The translations under genes were made by a program, and so were the position numbers. Below, one piece after another: positions 30,001-45,000 of a DNA stretch of 64,000 nucleotides. The notes beneath the pieces are model-generated. The model was not told the DNA's origin. It saw only the letters and a list, made by a program, of their open reading frames with translations, and made no database searches. Position 1 is the first letter of the stretch. Each line of letters begins with the position of its first letter. The stretch is from Eledone cirrhosa (lineage: Eukaryota), in contig OZ024744.1 in the NCBI GenBank assembly GCA_964016885.1, positions 99,262,001 through 99,326,000 on the forward strand, in the 5' to 3' direction.

Positions 30001-33000
30001 TGGTTATGGTCATAGTGTTGGTGGGAGTGGTGGTGGTTATGGTCATAGTGTTGGTGGGAATGGTGGTGGTTATGGTCATAGTGTTGGTGGGAGTGGTGGT
30101 GGTTATGGTCATAGTGTTGGTGGGAGTGGTGGTGGTTATGGTCATAGTGTTGGTGGGAGTGGTGGTGGTTATGGTCATAGTGTTGGTGGGAGTGGCAGTG
30201 GCTATGGTCATAGTGTTGGTGGGAGTGGTGGTGGTTATGGTCATAGTGTTGGTGGGAGTGGTGGTGGTTATGGTCATAGTGTTGGTGGGAGTGGTGGTGG
30301 TTATGGTCATAGTGTTGGTGGGAGTGGCAGTGGTTATGTTCATAGTGTTGGTGGGAATGGTGGTGGTTATGGTCATAGTGTTGGTGGGAGTGGCAGTGGT
30401 TATGGTCATAGTGTTGGTGGGTGTGGTGGTGGTTATGGTCATAGTGTTGGTGGGAGTGGCAGTGGCTATGGTCATAGTGTTGGTGGGAGTGGTGGTGGTT
30501 ATGTTCATAGTGTTGGTGGGAATGGTGGTGGTTATGGTCATAGTGTTGGTGGGAGTGGCAGTGGTTATGGTCATAGTGTTGGTGGGAATGGTGGTGGTTA
30601 TGGTCATAGTGTTGGTGGGAGTGGCAGTGGCTATGGTCATAGTGTTGGTGGGAGTGGTGGTGGTTATGTTCATAGTGTTGGTGGGAATGGTGGTGGTTAT
30701 GGTCATAGTGTTGGTGGGAGTGGTGGTGGTTATGTTCATAGTGTTGGTGGGAGTGGTGGTGGCTATGGTCATAGTGTTGGTGGGAGTGGTGGTGGTTATG
30801 GTCATAGTGTTGGTGGGAGTGGCAGTGGTTATGGTCATAGTGTTGGTGGGAGTGGTGGTAGTTATGGTCATAGTGTTGGTGGGAGTGGTGGTGGTTATGG
30901 TCATAGTGTTGGTGGGAGTGGTGGTGGTTATGGTCATAGTGTTGGTGGGAGTGGTGGTAGTTATGGTCATAGTGTTGGTGGGAGTGGTGGTGGTTATGGT
31001 CATAGTGTTGGTGGGAGTGGTGGTGGTTATGGTCATAGTGTTGGTGGGTGTGGCAGTGGCTATGCTCATAGTGTTGGTGGGAGTGGCAGTGGTTATGGTC
31101 ATAGTGTTGGTGGGAGTGGCAGTGGTTATGGTCATAGTGTTGGTGGGAATGGTGGTGGTTATGGTCATAGTGTTGGTGGGAGTGGTGGTGGTTATGGTCA
31201 TAGTGTTGGTGGGAGTGGTGGTGGTTATGGTCATAGTGTTGGTGGGTGTGGCAGTGGCTATGCTCATAGTGTTGGTGGGAGTGGCAGTGGTTATGGTCAT
31301 AGTGTTGGTGGCAGTGGCAGTGGTTATGGTCATAGTGTTGGTGGGAATGGTGGTGGTTATGGTCATAGTGTTGGTGGGAGTGGTGGTGGTTATGGTCATA
31401 GTGTTGGTGGGAGTGGTGGTGGTTATGGTCATAGTGTTGGTGGGAGTGGTGGTGGTTATGGTCATAGTGTTGGTGGGAGTGGCAGTGGCTATGGTCATAG
31501 TGTTGGTGGGAATGGTGGTGGTTATGGTCATAGTGTTGGTGGGAGTGGTGGTGGTTATGGTCATAGTGTTGGTGGGAGTGGTGGTGGTTATGGTCATAGT
31601 GTTGGTGGGAGTGGCAGTGGTTATGGTCATAGTGTTGGTGGGAATGGTGGTGGTTATGGTCATAGTGTTGGTGGGAGTGGTGGTGGTTATGGTCATAGTG
31701 TTGGTGGGTGTGGCAGTGGCTATGCTCATAGTGTTGGTGGGAGTGGCAGTGGTCATGCTCATAGTGTTGGTGGGTGTGGCAGTGGTTATGGTCATAGTGT
31801 TGGTGGGAGTGGCAGTGGTTATGGTCACAGTGTTGGTGGGAGTGGCAGTGGTTATGGTCATAGTGTTGGTGGGAGTGGTGGTAGTTATGGTCATAGTGTT
31901 GGTGGGTGTGGCAGTGGCTATGCTCATAGTGTTGGTGGGAGTGGTGCTGGTTATGGTCATAGTGTTGGTGGGAGTGGCAGTGGTTATGGTCATAGTGTTG
32001 GTGGGAGTGGTGGTGGTTATGGTGATAGTTTTGGTGGGAGTGGTGGTGGTTATGGTCATAGTGTTGGTGGGTGTGGCAGTGGCTATGCTCATAGTGTTGG
32101 TGGGAGTGGCAGTGGTCATGGTCATAGTGTTGGTGGGAGTGGCAGTGGTTATGGTCATAGTGTTGGTGGGAATGGTGGTGGTTATGGTCATAGTGTTGGT
32201 GGGAGTGGTGGTGGTTATGGTCATAGTGTTGGTGGGAGTGGTGGTGGTTATGGTCATAGTGTTGGTGGGAATGGTGGTGGTTATGGTCATAGTGTTGGTG
32301 GGAGTGGTGGTGCTTATGGTCATAGTGTTGGTGGGAGTGGTGGTGGTTATGGTCATAGTGTTGGTGGGAGTGGTGGTGGTTATGGTCATAGTGTTGGTGG
32401 GAGTGGCAGTGGCTATGGTCATAGTGTTGGTGGGAGTGGTGGTGGTTATGGTCATAGTGTTGGTGGGAGTGGTGGTGGTTATGGTCATAGTGTTGGTGGG
32501 AGTGGTGGTGGTTATGGTCATAGTGTTGGTGGGAGTGGCAGTGGTTATGGTCATAGTGTTGGTGGTTATGGTCATAGTGTTGGTGGGTGTGGCAGTGGCT
32601 ATGCTCATAGTGTTGGTGGGAGTGGCAGTGGTTATGGTCATAGTGTTGGTGGGAGTGGCAGTGGTTATGGTCATAGTGTTGGTGGGAGTGGCAGTGGTTA
32701 TGGTCATAGTGTTGGTGGGAGTGGCAGTGGTTATGGTCATAGTGTTGGTGGGAGTGGCAGTGGTTATGGTCACAGTGTTGGTGGGAGTGGCAGTGGTTAT
32801 GGTCATAGTGTTGGTTGGAGTGGTGGTAGTTATGGTCATAGTGTTGGTGGGTGTGGCAGTGGCTATGCTCATAGTGTTGGTGGGAGTGGCAGTGGTTATG
32901 GTCATAGTGTTGGTGGGAGTGGCAGTGGTTATGGTCATAGTGTTGGTGGGAATGGTGGTGGTTATGGTCATAGTGTTGGTGGGAGTGGTGGTGGTTATGG

Positions 33001-36000
33001 TCATAGTGTTGGTGGGAGTGGTGGTGGTTATGGTCATAGTGTTGGTGGGAGTGCTGGTGGTTATGGTCATAGTGTTGGTGGGAGTGGCAGTGGCTATGGT
33101 CATAGTGTTGGTGGGAATGGTGGTGGTTATGGTCATAGTGTTGGTGGGAGTGGTGGTGGTTATGGTCATAGTGTTGGTGGGAGTGGTGGTGGTTATGGTC
33201 ATAGTGTTGGTGGGAGTGGCAGTGGTTATGGTCATAGTGTTGGTGGGAATGGTGGTGGTTATGGTCATAGTGTTGGTGGGAGTGGTGGTGGTTATGGTCA
33301 TAGTGTTGGTGGGTGTGGCAGTGGCTATGCTCATAGTGTTGGTGGGAGTGGCAGTGGTCATGGTCATAGTGTTGGTGGGTGTGGCAGTGGTTATGGTCAT
33401 AGTGTTGGTGGGAGTGGCAGTGGTTATGGTCACAGTGTTGGTGGGAGTGGCAGTGGTTATGGTCATAGTGTTGGTGGGAGTGGTGGTAGTTATGGTCATA
33501 GTGTTGGTGGGTGTGGCAGTGGCTATGCTCATAGTGTTGGTGGGAGTGGCAGTGATTATGGTCATAGTGTTGGTGGGAGTGGCAGTGGTTATGGTCATAG
33601 TGTTGGTGGGAATGGTGGTGGTTATGGTCATAGTGTTGGTGGGAGTGGTGGTGGTTATGGTCATAGTGTTGGTGGGAGTGGTGGTGGTTATGGTCATAGT
33701 GTTGGTGGGAGTGGTGGTGGTTATGGTCATAGTGTTGGTGGGAGTGGCAGTGGTTATGGTCATAGTGTTGGTGGGAATGGTGGTGGTTATGATCATAGTG
33801 TTGGTGGGAGTGGTGGTGGTTATGGTCATAGTGTTGGTGGGAGTGGTGGTGGTTATGGTCATAGTGTTGGTGGGAGTGGCAGTGGTTATGGTCATAGTGT
33901 TGGTGGGAGTGGCAGTGGTTATGGTCATAGTGTTGGTGGGAATGGTGGTGGTTATGTTCATAGTGTTGGTGGGAGTGGTGGTGGTTATGGTCATAGTGTT
34001 GGTGGGAGTGGCAGTGGCTATGGTCATAGTGTTGGTGGGAGTGGTGGTGGTTATGGTCATAGTGTTGGTGGGAGTGGTGGTGGTTATGGTCATAGTGTTG
34101 GTGGGAGTGGTGGTGGTTATGATCATAGTGTTGGTGGGAGTGGCAGTGGTTATGTTCATAGTGTTGGTGGGAATGGTGGTGGTTATGGTCATAGTGTTGG
34201 TGGGAGTGGTGGTGGCTATGGTCATAGTGTTGGTGGGAGTGGTGGTGGTTATGGTCATAGTGTTGGTGGGAGTGGCAGTGGTTATGGTCATAGTGTTGGT
34301 GGGAATGGTGGTGGTTATGGTCATAGTGTTGGTGGGTGTGGCAGTGGCTATGCTCATAGTGTTGGTGGGAGTGGCAGTGGTTATGGTCATAGTGTTGGTG
34401 GGAGTGGCAGTGGTTATGGTCATAGTGTTGGTGGGAATGGTGGTGGTTATGGTCATAGTGTTGGTGGGAGTGGTGGTGGTTATGGTCATAGTGTTGGTGG
34501 GAGTGGTGGTGGTTATGGTCATAGTGTTGGTGGGAGTGGTGGTGGTTATGGTCATATTGTTGGTGGGAGTGGTGGTGGTTATGGTCATAGTGTTGGTGGG
34601 AGTGGTGGTGGTTATGGTCATAGTGTTGGTGGGAATGGCAGTGGTTATGGTCATAGTGTTGGTGGGAGTGGTGGTGGTTATGGTCATAGTGTTGGTGGGA
34701 GTGGCAGTGGTTATGGTCATAGTGTTGGTGGGAATGGTGGTGGTTATGGTCATAGTGTTGGTGTGAGTGGCAGTGGTTATGGTCATAGTTTTGGTGGGAG
34801 TGGTGGTGGTTATGGTCATAGTGTTGGTGGGAGTGGCAGTGGTTATGGTCATAGTGTTGGTGGGTGTGGCAGTGGTTATGGTCATAGTGTTGGTGGGAGT
34901 GGCAGTGGTTATGGTCACAGTGTTGGTGGGAGTGGCAGTGGTTATGGTCATAGTGTTGGTGGGAGTGGTGGTAGTTATGGTCATAGTGTTGGTGGGTGTG
35001 GCAGTGGCTATGCTCATAGTGTTGGTGGGAGTGGCAGTGGTTATGGTCATAGTGTTGGTGGGAGTGGCAGTGGTTATGGTCATAGTGTTGGTGGGAGTGG
35101 TGGTGGTTATGGTCATAGTGTTGGTGGGAGTGGTGGTGGTTATGGTCATAGTGTTGGTGGGAATGGTGGTGGTTATGGTCATAGTGTTGGTGGGAGTGGT
35201 GGTGGTTATGGTCATAGTGTTGGTGGGAGTGGTGGTGGTTATGCTCATAGTGTTGGTGGGAGTGGCAGTGGTTATGGTCATAGTGTTGGTGGGAGTGGTG
35301 GTGGTTATGATCATAGTGTTGGTGGGAGTGGTGGTGGTTATGGTCATAGTGTTGGTGGGAGTGGCAGTGGTTATGTTCATAGTGTTGGTGGGAATGGTGG
35401 TGGTTATGGTCATAGTGTTGGTGGGAGTGGTGGTGGCTATGGTCATAGTGTTGGTGGGAGTGGTGGTGGTTATGGTCATAGTGTTGGTGGGAGTGGCAGT
35501 GGTTATGGTCATAGTGTTGGTGGGAATGGTGGTGGTTATGGTCATAGTGTTGGTGGGAGTGGTGGTGGTTATGGTCATAGTGTTGGTGGGAGTGGCAGTG
35601 GTTATGGTCATAGTGTTGGTGGGAGTGGTAGTGGTTATGGTCATAGTGTTGTTGGGAGTGGCAGTGGTTATGGTCATAGTGTTGGTGGGTGTGTCAGTGG
35701 CTATGCTCATAGTGTTGGTGGGAGTGGCAGTGGTTATGGTCATAGTGTTGGTGGGTGTGGCAGTGGTTATGGTCATAGTGTTGGTGGGAGTGGCAGTGGT
35801 TATGTCACAGTGTTGGTGGGAGTGGCAGTGGTTATGGTCATAGTGTTGGTGGGAGTGGTGGTAGTTATGGTCATAGTGTTGGTGGGTGTGGCAGTGGCTA
35901 TGCTCATAGTGTTGGTGGGAGTGGCAGTGGTTATGGTCATAGTGTTGGTGGGAGTGGCAGTGGTTATGGTCATAGTGTTGGTGGGAATGGTGGTGGTTAT

Positions 36001-39000
36001 GGTCATAGTGTTGGTGGGAGTGGTGGTGGTTATGGTCATAGTGTTGGTGGGAGTGGTGGTGGTTATGGTCATAGTGTTGGTGGGAGTGGTGGTGGTTATG
36101 GTCATAGTGTTGGTGGGAGTGGCAGTGGCTATGGTCATAGTGTTGGTGGGAATGGTGGTGGTTATGGTCATAGTGTTGGTGGGAGTGGTGGTGGTTATGG
36201 TCATAGTGTTGGTGGGAGTGGTGGTGGTTATGGTCATAGTGTTGGTGGGAGTGGCAGTGGTTATGGTCATAGTGTTGGTTGGAGTGGTGGTGGTTATGGT
36301 CATAGTGTTGGTGGGAGTGGTGGTGGTTATGGTCATAGTGTTGGTGGGAGTGGTGGTGGTTATGGTCATAGTGTTGGTGGGAGTGGCAGTGGTTATGGTC
36401 ATAGTGTTGGTGGGAATGGTGGTGGTTATAGTCATAGTATAGGTGGGAGTGGTGGTGGTTATGGTCATAGTGTTGGTGGGAGTGGTGGTGGTTATGGTCA
36501 TAGTGTTGGTGGGAGTGGCAGTGGTTATGGTCATAGTGTTGGTGGGAATGGCAGTGGTTATGGTCATAGTGTTGGTGGGAGTGGCAGTGGTTATGGTCAT
36601 AGTGTTGGTGGGAGTGGCAGTGGTTATGATCATAGTGTCGGTGGGAGTGGTGGTGGTTATGGTCATTGTGTTGGTGGGAGTGGTGGTGGTTATGGTCATA
36701 GTGTTGGTGGGAGTGGCAGTGGTTATGGTCATAGTGTTGGTGGGAATGGTGGTGGTTATGGTCATAGTGTTGGTGGGAGTGGTGGTGGTTATGGTCATAG
36801 TGTTGGTGGGTGTGGCAGTGGCTATGCTCATAGTGTTGGTGGGAGTGGCAGTGGTCATGCTCATAGTGTTGGTGGGTGTGGCAGTGGTTATGGTCATAGT
36901 GTTGGCGGGAGTGGCAGTGGTTATGGTCACAGTGTTGGTGGGAGTGGCAGTGGTTATGGTCATAGTGTTGGTGGGAGTGGTGGTAGTTATGGTCATAGTG
37001 TTGGTGGGTGTGGCAGTGGCTATGCTCATAGTGTTGGTGGGAGTGGCAGTGGTTATGGTCATAGTGTTGGTGGGTGTGGTGGTGGTTATGGTCATAGTGT
37101 TGGTGGGAGTGGCAGTGGTTATGGTCATAGTGTTGGTGGGAGTGGTGGTGGTTATGGTGATAGTGTTGGTGGGAGTGGTGGTGGTTATGGTCATAGTGTT
37201 GGTGGGTGTGGCAGTGGCTATGCTCATAGTGTTGGTGGGAGTGGCAGTGGTCATGGTCATAGTGTTGGTGGGAGTGGCAGTGGTTATGGTCATAGTGTTG
37301 GTGGGAATGGTGGTGGTTATGGTCATAGTGTTGGTGGGAGTGGTGGTGGTTATGGTCATAGTGTTGGTGGGAGTGGTGGTGGTTATGGTCATAGTGTTGG
37401 TGGGAATGGTGGTGGTTATGGTCATAGTGTTGGTGGGAGTGGTGGTGGTTATGGTCATAGTGTTGGTGGGAGTGGTGGTGGTTATGGTCATAGTGTTGGT
37501 GGGAGTGGTGGTGGTTATGGTCATAGTGTTGGTGGGAGTGGCAGTGGCTATGGTCATAGTGTTGGTGGGAGTGGTGGTGGTTATGGTCATAGTGTTGGTG
37601 GGAGTGGTGGTGGTTATGGTCATAGTGTTGGTGGGAGTGGTGGTGGTTATTGTCATAGTGTTGGTGGGAGTGGCAGTGGTTATGTTCATAGTGTTGGTGG
37701 GAATGGTGGTGGTTATGGTCATAGTGTTGGTGGGAGTGGCAGTGGTTATGGTCATAGTGTTGGTGGGTGTGGTGGTGGTTATGGTCATAGTGTTGGTGGG
37801 AGTGGCAGTGGCTATGGTCATAGTGTTGGTGGGAGTGGTGGTGGTTATGTTCATAGTGTTGGTGGGAATGGTGGTGGTTATGGTCATAGTGTTGGTGGGA
37901 GTGGCAGTGGTTATGGTCATAGTGTTGGTGGGAATGGTGGTGGTTATGGTCATAGTGTTGGTGGGAGTGGCAGTGGCTATGGTCATAGTGTTGGTGGGAG
38001 TGGTGGTGGTTATGTTCATAGTGTTGGTGGGAATGGTGGTGGTTATGGTCATAGTGTTGGTGGGAGTGGTGGTGGTTATGTTCATAGTGTTGGTGGGAGT
38101 GGTGGTGGCTATGGTCATAGTGTTGGTGGGAGTGGTGGTGGTTATGGTCATAGTGTTGGTGGGAGTGGCAGTGGTTATGGTCATAGTGTTGGTGGGAGTG
38201 GTGGTAGTTATGGTCATAGTGTTGGTGGGAGTGGTGGTGGTTATGGTCATAGTGTTGGTGGGAGTGGTGGTGGTTATGGTCATAGTGTTGGTGGGAATGG
38301 TGGTGGTTATAGTCATAGTATAGGTGGGAGTGGTGGTGGTTATGGTCATAGTGTTGGTGGGAGTGGTGGTGGTTATGGTCATAGTGTTGGTGGGAGTGGC
38401 AGTGGTTATGGTCATAGTGTTGGTGGGAATGGCAGTGGTTATGGTCATAGTGTTGGTGGGAGTGGCAGTGGTTATGGTCATAGTGTTGGTGGGAGTGGCA
38501 GTGGTTATGATCATAGTGTCGGTGGGAGTGGTGGTGGTTATGGTCATTGTGTTGGTGGGAGTGGTGGTGGTTATGGTCATAGTGTTGGTGGGAGTGGCAG
38601 TGGTTATGGTCATAGTGTTGGTGGGAATGGTGGTGGTTATGGTCATAGTGTTGGTGGGAGTGGTGGTGGTTATGGTCATAGTGTTGGTGGGTGTGGCAGT
38701 GGCTATGCTCATAGTGTTGGTGGGAGTGGCAGTGGTCATGCTCATAGTGTTGGTGGGTGTGGCAGTGGTTATGGTCATAGTGTTGGCGGGAGTGGCAGTG
38801 GTTATGGTCACAGTGTTGGTGGGAGTGGCAGTGGTTATGGTCATAGTGTTGGTGGGAGTGGTGGTAGTTATGGTCATAGTGTTGGTGGGTGTGGCAGTGG
38901 CTATGCTCATAGTGTTGGTGGGAGTGGCAGTGGTTATGGTCATAGTGTTGGTGGGTGTGGTGGTGGTTATGGTCATAGTGTTGGTGGGAGTGGCAGTGGT

Positions 39001-42000
39001 TATGGTCATAGTGTTGGTGGGAGTGGTGGTGGTTATGGTGATAGTGTTGGTGGGAGTGGTGGTGGTTATGGTCATAGTGTTGGTGGGTGTGGCAGTGGCT
39101 ATGCTCATAGTGTTGGTGGGAGTGGCAGTGGTCATGGTCATAGTGTTGGTGGGAGTGGCAGTGGTTATGGTCATAGTGTTGGTGGGAATGGTGGTGGTTA
39201 TGGTCATAGTGTTGGTGGGAGTGGTGGTGGTTATGGTCATAGTGTTGGTGGGAGTGGTGGTGGTTATGGTCATAGTGTTGGTGGGAATGGTGGTGGTTAT
39301 GGTCATAGTGTTGGTGGGAGTGGTGGTGGTTATGGTCATAGTGTTGGTGGGAGTGGTGGTGGTTATGGTCATAGTGTTGGTGGGAGTGGTGGTGGTTATG
39401 GTCATAGTGTTGGTGGGAGTGGCAGTGGCTATGGTCATAGTGTTGGTGGGAGTGGTGGTGGTTATGGTCATAGTGTTGGTGGGAGTGGTGGTGGTTATGG
39501 TCATAGTGTTGGTGGGAGTGGTGGTGGTTATTGTCATAGTGTTGGTGGGAGTGGCAGTGGTTATGTTCATAGTGTTGGTGGGAATGGTGGTGGTTATGGT
39601 CATAGTGTTGGTGGGAGTGGCAGTGGTTATGGTCATAGTGTTGGTGGGTGTGGTGGTGGTTATGGTCATAGTGTTGGTGGGAGTGGCAGTGGCTATGGTC
39701 ATAGTGTTGGTGGGAGTGGTAGTGGTTATGTTCATAGTGTTGGTGGGAATGGTGGTGGTTATGGTCATAGTGTTGGTGGGAGTGGCAGTGGTTATGGTCA
39801 TAGTGTTGGTGGGAATGGTGGTGGTTATGGTCATAGTGTTGGTGGGAGTGGCAGTGGCTATGGTCATAGTGTTGGTGGGAGTGGTGGTGGTTATGTTCAT
39901 AGTGTTGGTGGGAATGGTGGTGGTTATGGTCATAGTGTTGGTGGGAGTGGTGGTGGTTATGTTCATAGTGTTGGTGGGAGTGGTGGTGGCTATGGTCATA
40001 GTGTTGGTGGGAGTGGTGGTGGTTATGGTCATAGTGTTGGTGGGAGTGGCAGTGGTTATGGTCATAGTGTTGGTGGGAGTGGTGGTAGTTATGGTCATAG
40101 TGTTGGTGGGAGTGGTGGTGGTTATGGTCATAGTGTTGGTGGGAGTGGTGGTGGTTATGGTCATAGTGTTGGTGGGAGTGGTGGTAGTTATGGTCATAGT
40201 GTTGGTGGGAGTGGTGGTGGTTATGGTCATAGTATTGGTGGGAGTGGTGGTGGTTATGGTCATAGTGTTGGTGGGTGTGGCAGTGGCTATGCTCATAGTG
40301 TTGGTGGGAGTGGCAGTGGTTATGGTCATAGTGTTGGTGGGAGTGGCAGTGGTTATGGTCATAGTGTTGGTGGGAATGGTGGTGGTTATGGTCATAGTGT
40401 TGGTGGGAGTGGTGGTGGTTATGGTCATAGTGTTGGTGGGAGTGGTGGTGGTTATGGTCATAGTGTTGGTGGGTGTGGCAGTGGCTATGCTCATAGTGTT
40501 GGTGGGAGTGGCAGTGGTTATGGTCATAGTGTTGGTGGGAGTGGCAGTGGTTATGGTCATAGTGTTGGTGGGAATGGTGGTGGTTATGGTCATAGTGTTG
40601 GTGGGAGTGGTGGTGGTTATGGTCATAGTGTTGGTGGGAGTGGTGGTGGTTATGGTCATAGTGTTGGTGGGAGTGGTGGTGGTTATGGTCATAGTGTTGG
40701 TGGGAGTGGCAGTGGCTATGGTCATAGTGTTGGTGGGAATGGTGGTGGTTATGGTCATAGTGTTGGTGGGAGTGGTGGTGGTGGTTATGGTCATAGTGTT
40801 GGTGGGAGTGGTGGTGGTTATGGTCATAGTGTTGGTGGGAGTGGCAGTGGTTATGGTCATAGTGTTGGTGGGAATGGTGGTGGTTATGGTCATAGTGTTG
40901 GTGGGAGTGGTGGTGGTTATGGTCATAGTGTTGGTGGGTGTGGCAGTGGCTATGCTCATAGTGTTGGTGGGAGTGGCAGTGGTCATGCTCATAGTGTTGG
41001 TGGGTGTGGCAGTGGTTATGGTCATAGTGTTGGTGGGAGTGGCAGTGGTTATGGTCACAGTGTTGGTGGGAGTGGCAGTGGTTATGGTCATAGTGTTGGT
41101 GGGAGTGGTGGTAGTTATGGTCATAGTGTTGGTGGGTGTGGCAGTGGCTATGCTCATAGTGTTGGTGGGAGTGGTGGTGGTTATGGTCATAGTGTTGGTG
41201 GGAGTGGCAGTGGTTATGGTCATAGTGTTGGTGGGAGTGGTGGTGGTTATGGTGATAGTGTTGGTGGGAGTGGTGGTGGTTATGGTCATAGTGTTGGTGG
41301 GTGTGGCAGTGGCTATGCTCATAGTGTTGGTGGGAGTGGCAGTGGTCATGGTCATAGTGTTGGTGGGAGTGGCAGTGGTTATGGTCATAGTGTTGGTGGG
41401 AATGGTGGTGGTTATGGTCATAGTGTTGGTGGGAGTGGTGGTGGTTATGGTCATAGTGTTGGTGGGAGTGGTGGTGGTTATGGTCATAGTGTTGGTGGGA
41501 ATGGTGGTGGTTATGGTCATAGTGTTGGTGGGAGTGGTGGTGGTTATGGTCATAGTGTTGGTGGGAGTGGTGGTGGTTATGGTCATAGTGTTGGTGGGAG
41601 TGGTGGTGGTTATGGTCATAGTGTTGGTGGGAGTGGCAGTGGCTATGGTCATAGTGTTGGTGGGAGTGGTGGTGGTTATGGTCATAGTGTTGGTGGGAGT
41701 GGTGGTGGTTATGGTCATAGTGTTGGTGGGAGTGGTGGTGGTTATGGTCATAGTGTTGGTGGGAGTGGCAGTGGTTATGTTCATAGTGTTGGTGGGAGTG
41801 GTGGTGGTTATGGTCATAGTGTTGGTGGGAATGGTGGTGGTTATGGTCATAGTGTTGGTGGGAGTGGTGGTGGTTATGGTCATAGTGTTGGTGGGAGTGG
41901 TGGTGGTTATGGTCATAGTGTTGGTGGGAGTGGTGGTGGTTATGGTCATAGTGTTGGTGGGAGTGGTGGTGGCTATGGTCATAGTGTTGGTGGGAGTGGT

Positions 42001-45000
42001 GGTGGTTATGGTCATAGTGTTGGTGGGAGTGGCAGTGGTTATGGTCATAGTGTTGGTGGGTGTGGCAGTGGCTATGCTCATAGTGTTGGTGGGAGTGGCA
42101 GTGGTTATGGTCATAGTGTTGGTGGGAGTGGCAGTGGTTATGGTCATAGTGTTGGTGGGAGTGGCAGTGGTTATGGTCATAGTGTTGGTGGGAGTGGCAG
42201 TGGTTATGGTCATAGTGTTGGTGGGAGTGGCAGTGGTTATGGTCACAGTGTTGGTGGGAGTGGCAGTGGTTATGGTCATAGTGTTGGTTGGAGTGGTGGT
42301 AGTTATGGTCATAGTGTTGGTGGGTGTGGCAGTGGCTATGCTCATAGTGTTGGTGGGAGTGGCAGTGGTTATGGTCATAGTGTTGGTGGGAGTGGCAGTG
42401 GTTATGGTCATAGTGTTGGTGGGAATGGTGGTGGTTATGGTCATAGTGTTGGTGTGAGTGGTGGTGGTTATGGTCATAGTGTTGGTGGGAGTGGTGGTGG
42501 TTATGGTCATAGTGTTGGTGGGAGTGCTGGTGGTTATGGTCATAGTGTTGGTGGGAGTGGCAGTGGCTATGGTCATAGTGTTGGTGGGAATGGTGGTGGT
42601 TATGGTCATAGTGTTGGTGGGAGTGGTGGTGGTTATGGTCATAGTGTTGGTGGGAGTGGTGGTGGTTATGGTCATAGTGTTGGTGGGAGTGGCAGTGGTT
42701 ATGGTCATAGTGTTGGTGGGAATGGTGGTGGTTATGGTCATAGTGTTGGTGGGAGTGGTGGTGGTTATGGTCATAGTGTTGGTGGGTGTGGCAGTGGCTA
42801 TGCTCATAGTGTTGGTGGGAGTGGCAGTGGTCATGGTCATAGTGTTGGTGGGTGTGGCAGTGGTTATGGTCATAGTGTTGGTGGGAGTGGCAGTGGTTAT
42901 GGTCACAGTGTTGGTGGGAGTGGCAGTGGTTATGGTCATAGTGTTGGTGGGAGTGGTGGTAGTTATGGTCATAGTGTTGGTGGGTGTGGCAGTGGCTATG
43001 CTCATAGTGTTGGTGGGAGTGGCAGTGATTATGGTCATAGTGTTGGTGGGAGTGGCAGTGGTTATGGTCATAGTGTTGGTGGGAATGGTGGTGGTTATGG
43101 TCATAGTGTTGGTGGGAGTGGTGGTGGTTATGGTCATAGTGTTGGTGGGAGTGGTGGTGGTTATGGTCATAGTGTTGGTGGGAGTGGTGGTGGTTATGGT
43201 CATAGTGTTGGTGGGAGTGGCAGTGGTTATGGTCATAGTGTTGGTGGGAATGGTGGTGGTTATGATCATAGTGTTGGTGGGAGTGGTGGTGGTTATGGTC
43301 ATAGTGTTGGTGGGAGTGGTGGTGGTTATGGTCATAGTGTTGGTGGGAGTGGCAGTGGTTATGGTCATAGTGTTGGTGGGAGTGGCAGTGGTTATGGTCA
43401 TAGTGTTGGTGGGAATGGTGGTGGTTATGGTCATAGTGTTGGTAGGAGTGGTGGTGGTTATGGTCATAGTGTTGGTGGGAGTGGCAGTGGCTATGGTCAT
43501 AGTGTTGGTGGAAGTGGTGGTGGTTATGGTCATAGTGTTGGTGGGAGTGGTGGTGGTTATGGTCATAGTGTTGGTGGGAGTGGTGGTGGTTATGGTCATA
43601 GTGTTGGTGGGAGTGGCAGTGGTTATGTTCATAGTGTTGGTGGGAATGGTGGTGGTTATGGTCATAGTGTTGGTGGGAGTGGTGGTGGCTATGGTCATAG
43701 TGTTGGTGGGAGTGGTGGTGGTTATGGTCATAGTGTTGGTGGGAGTGGCAGTGGTTATGGTCATAGTGTTGGTGGGAATGGTGGTGGTTATGGTCATAGT
43801 GTTGGTGGGTGTGGCAGTGGCTATGCTCATAGTGTTGGTGGGAGTGGCAGTGGTTATGGTCATAGTGTTGGTGGGTGTGGCAGTGGTTATGTTCATAGTG
43901 TTGGTGGGAGTGGCAGTGGTTATGGTCACAGTGTTGGTGGGAGTGGCAGTGGTTATGGTCATAGTGTTGGTGGGAGTGGTGGTAGTTATGGTCATAGTGT
44001 TGATGGGTGTGGCAGTGGCTATGCTCATAGTGTTGGTGGGAGTGGCAGTGGTTATGGTCATAGTGTTGGTGGGAGTGGCAGTGGTTATGGTCATAGTGTT
44101 GGTGGGAATGGTGGTGGTTATGGTCATAGTGTTGGTGGGAGTGGTGGTGGTTATGGTCATAGTGTTGGTGGGAGTGGTGGTGGTTATGGTCATAGTGTTG
44201 GTGGGAGTGGTGGTGGTTATGGTCATAGTGTTGGTGGGAGTGGCAGTGGCTATGGTCATAGTGTTGGTGGGAATGGTGGTGGTTATGGTCATAGTGTTGG
44301 TGGGAGTGGTGGTGGTTATGGTCATAGTGTTGGTGGGAGTGGTGGTGGTTATGGTCATAGTGTTGGTGGGAGTGGCAGTGGTTATGGTCATAGTGTTGGT
44401 GGGAATGGTGGTGGTTATGGTCATAGTGTTGGTGGGAGTGGTGGTGGTTATGGTCATAGTGTTGGTGGGAGTGGTGGTGGTTATGGTCATAGTGTTGGTG
44501 GGAGTGGTGGTGGTTATGGTCATAGTGTTGGTGGGAGTGGTGGTAGTTATGGTCATAGTGTTGGTGGGAGTGGTGGTGGCTATGGTCATAGTGTTGGTGG
44601 GAGTGGTGGTGGTTATGGTCATAGTGTTGGTGGGAGTGGTGGTAGTTATGGTCATAGTGTTGGTGGGTGTGGCAGTGGCTATGCTCATAGTGTTGGTGGG
44701 AGTGGCAGTGGTCATGATCATAGTGTTGGTGGGTGTGGCAGTGGTTATGGTCATAGTGTTGGTGGGAGTGGCAGTGGTTATGGTCACAGTGTTGGTGGGA
44801 GTGGCAGTGGTTATGGTCATAGTGTTGGTGGGAGTGGTGGTAGTTATGGTCATAGTGTTGGTGGGTGTGGCAGTGGCTATGCTCATAGTGTTGGTGGGAG
44901 TGGCAGTGGTTATGGTCATAGTGTTGGTGGGAGTGGCAGTGGTTATGGTCATAGTGTTGGTGGGAATGGTGGTGGTTATGGTCATAGTGTTGGTGGGAGT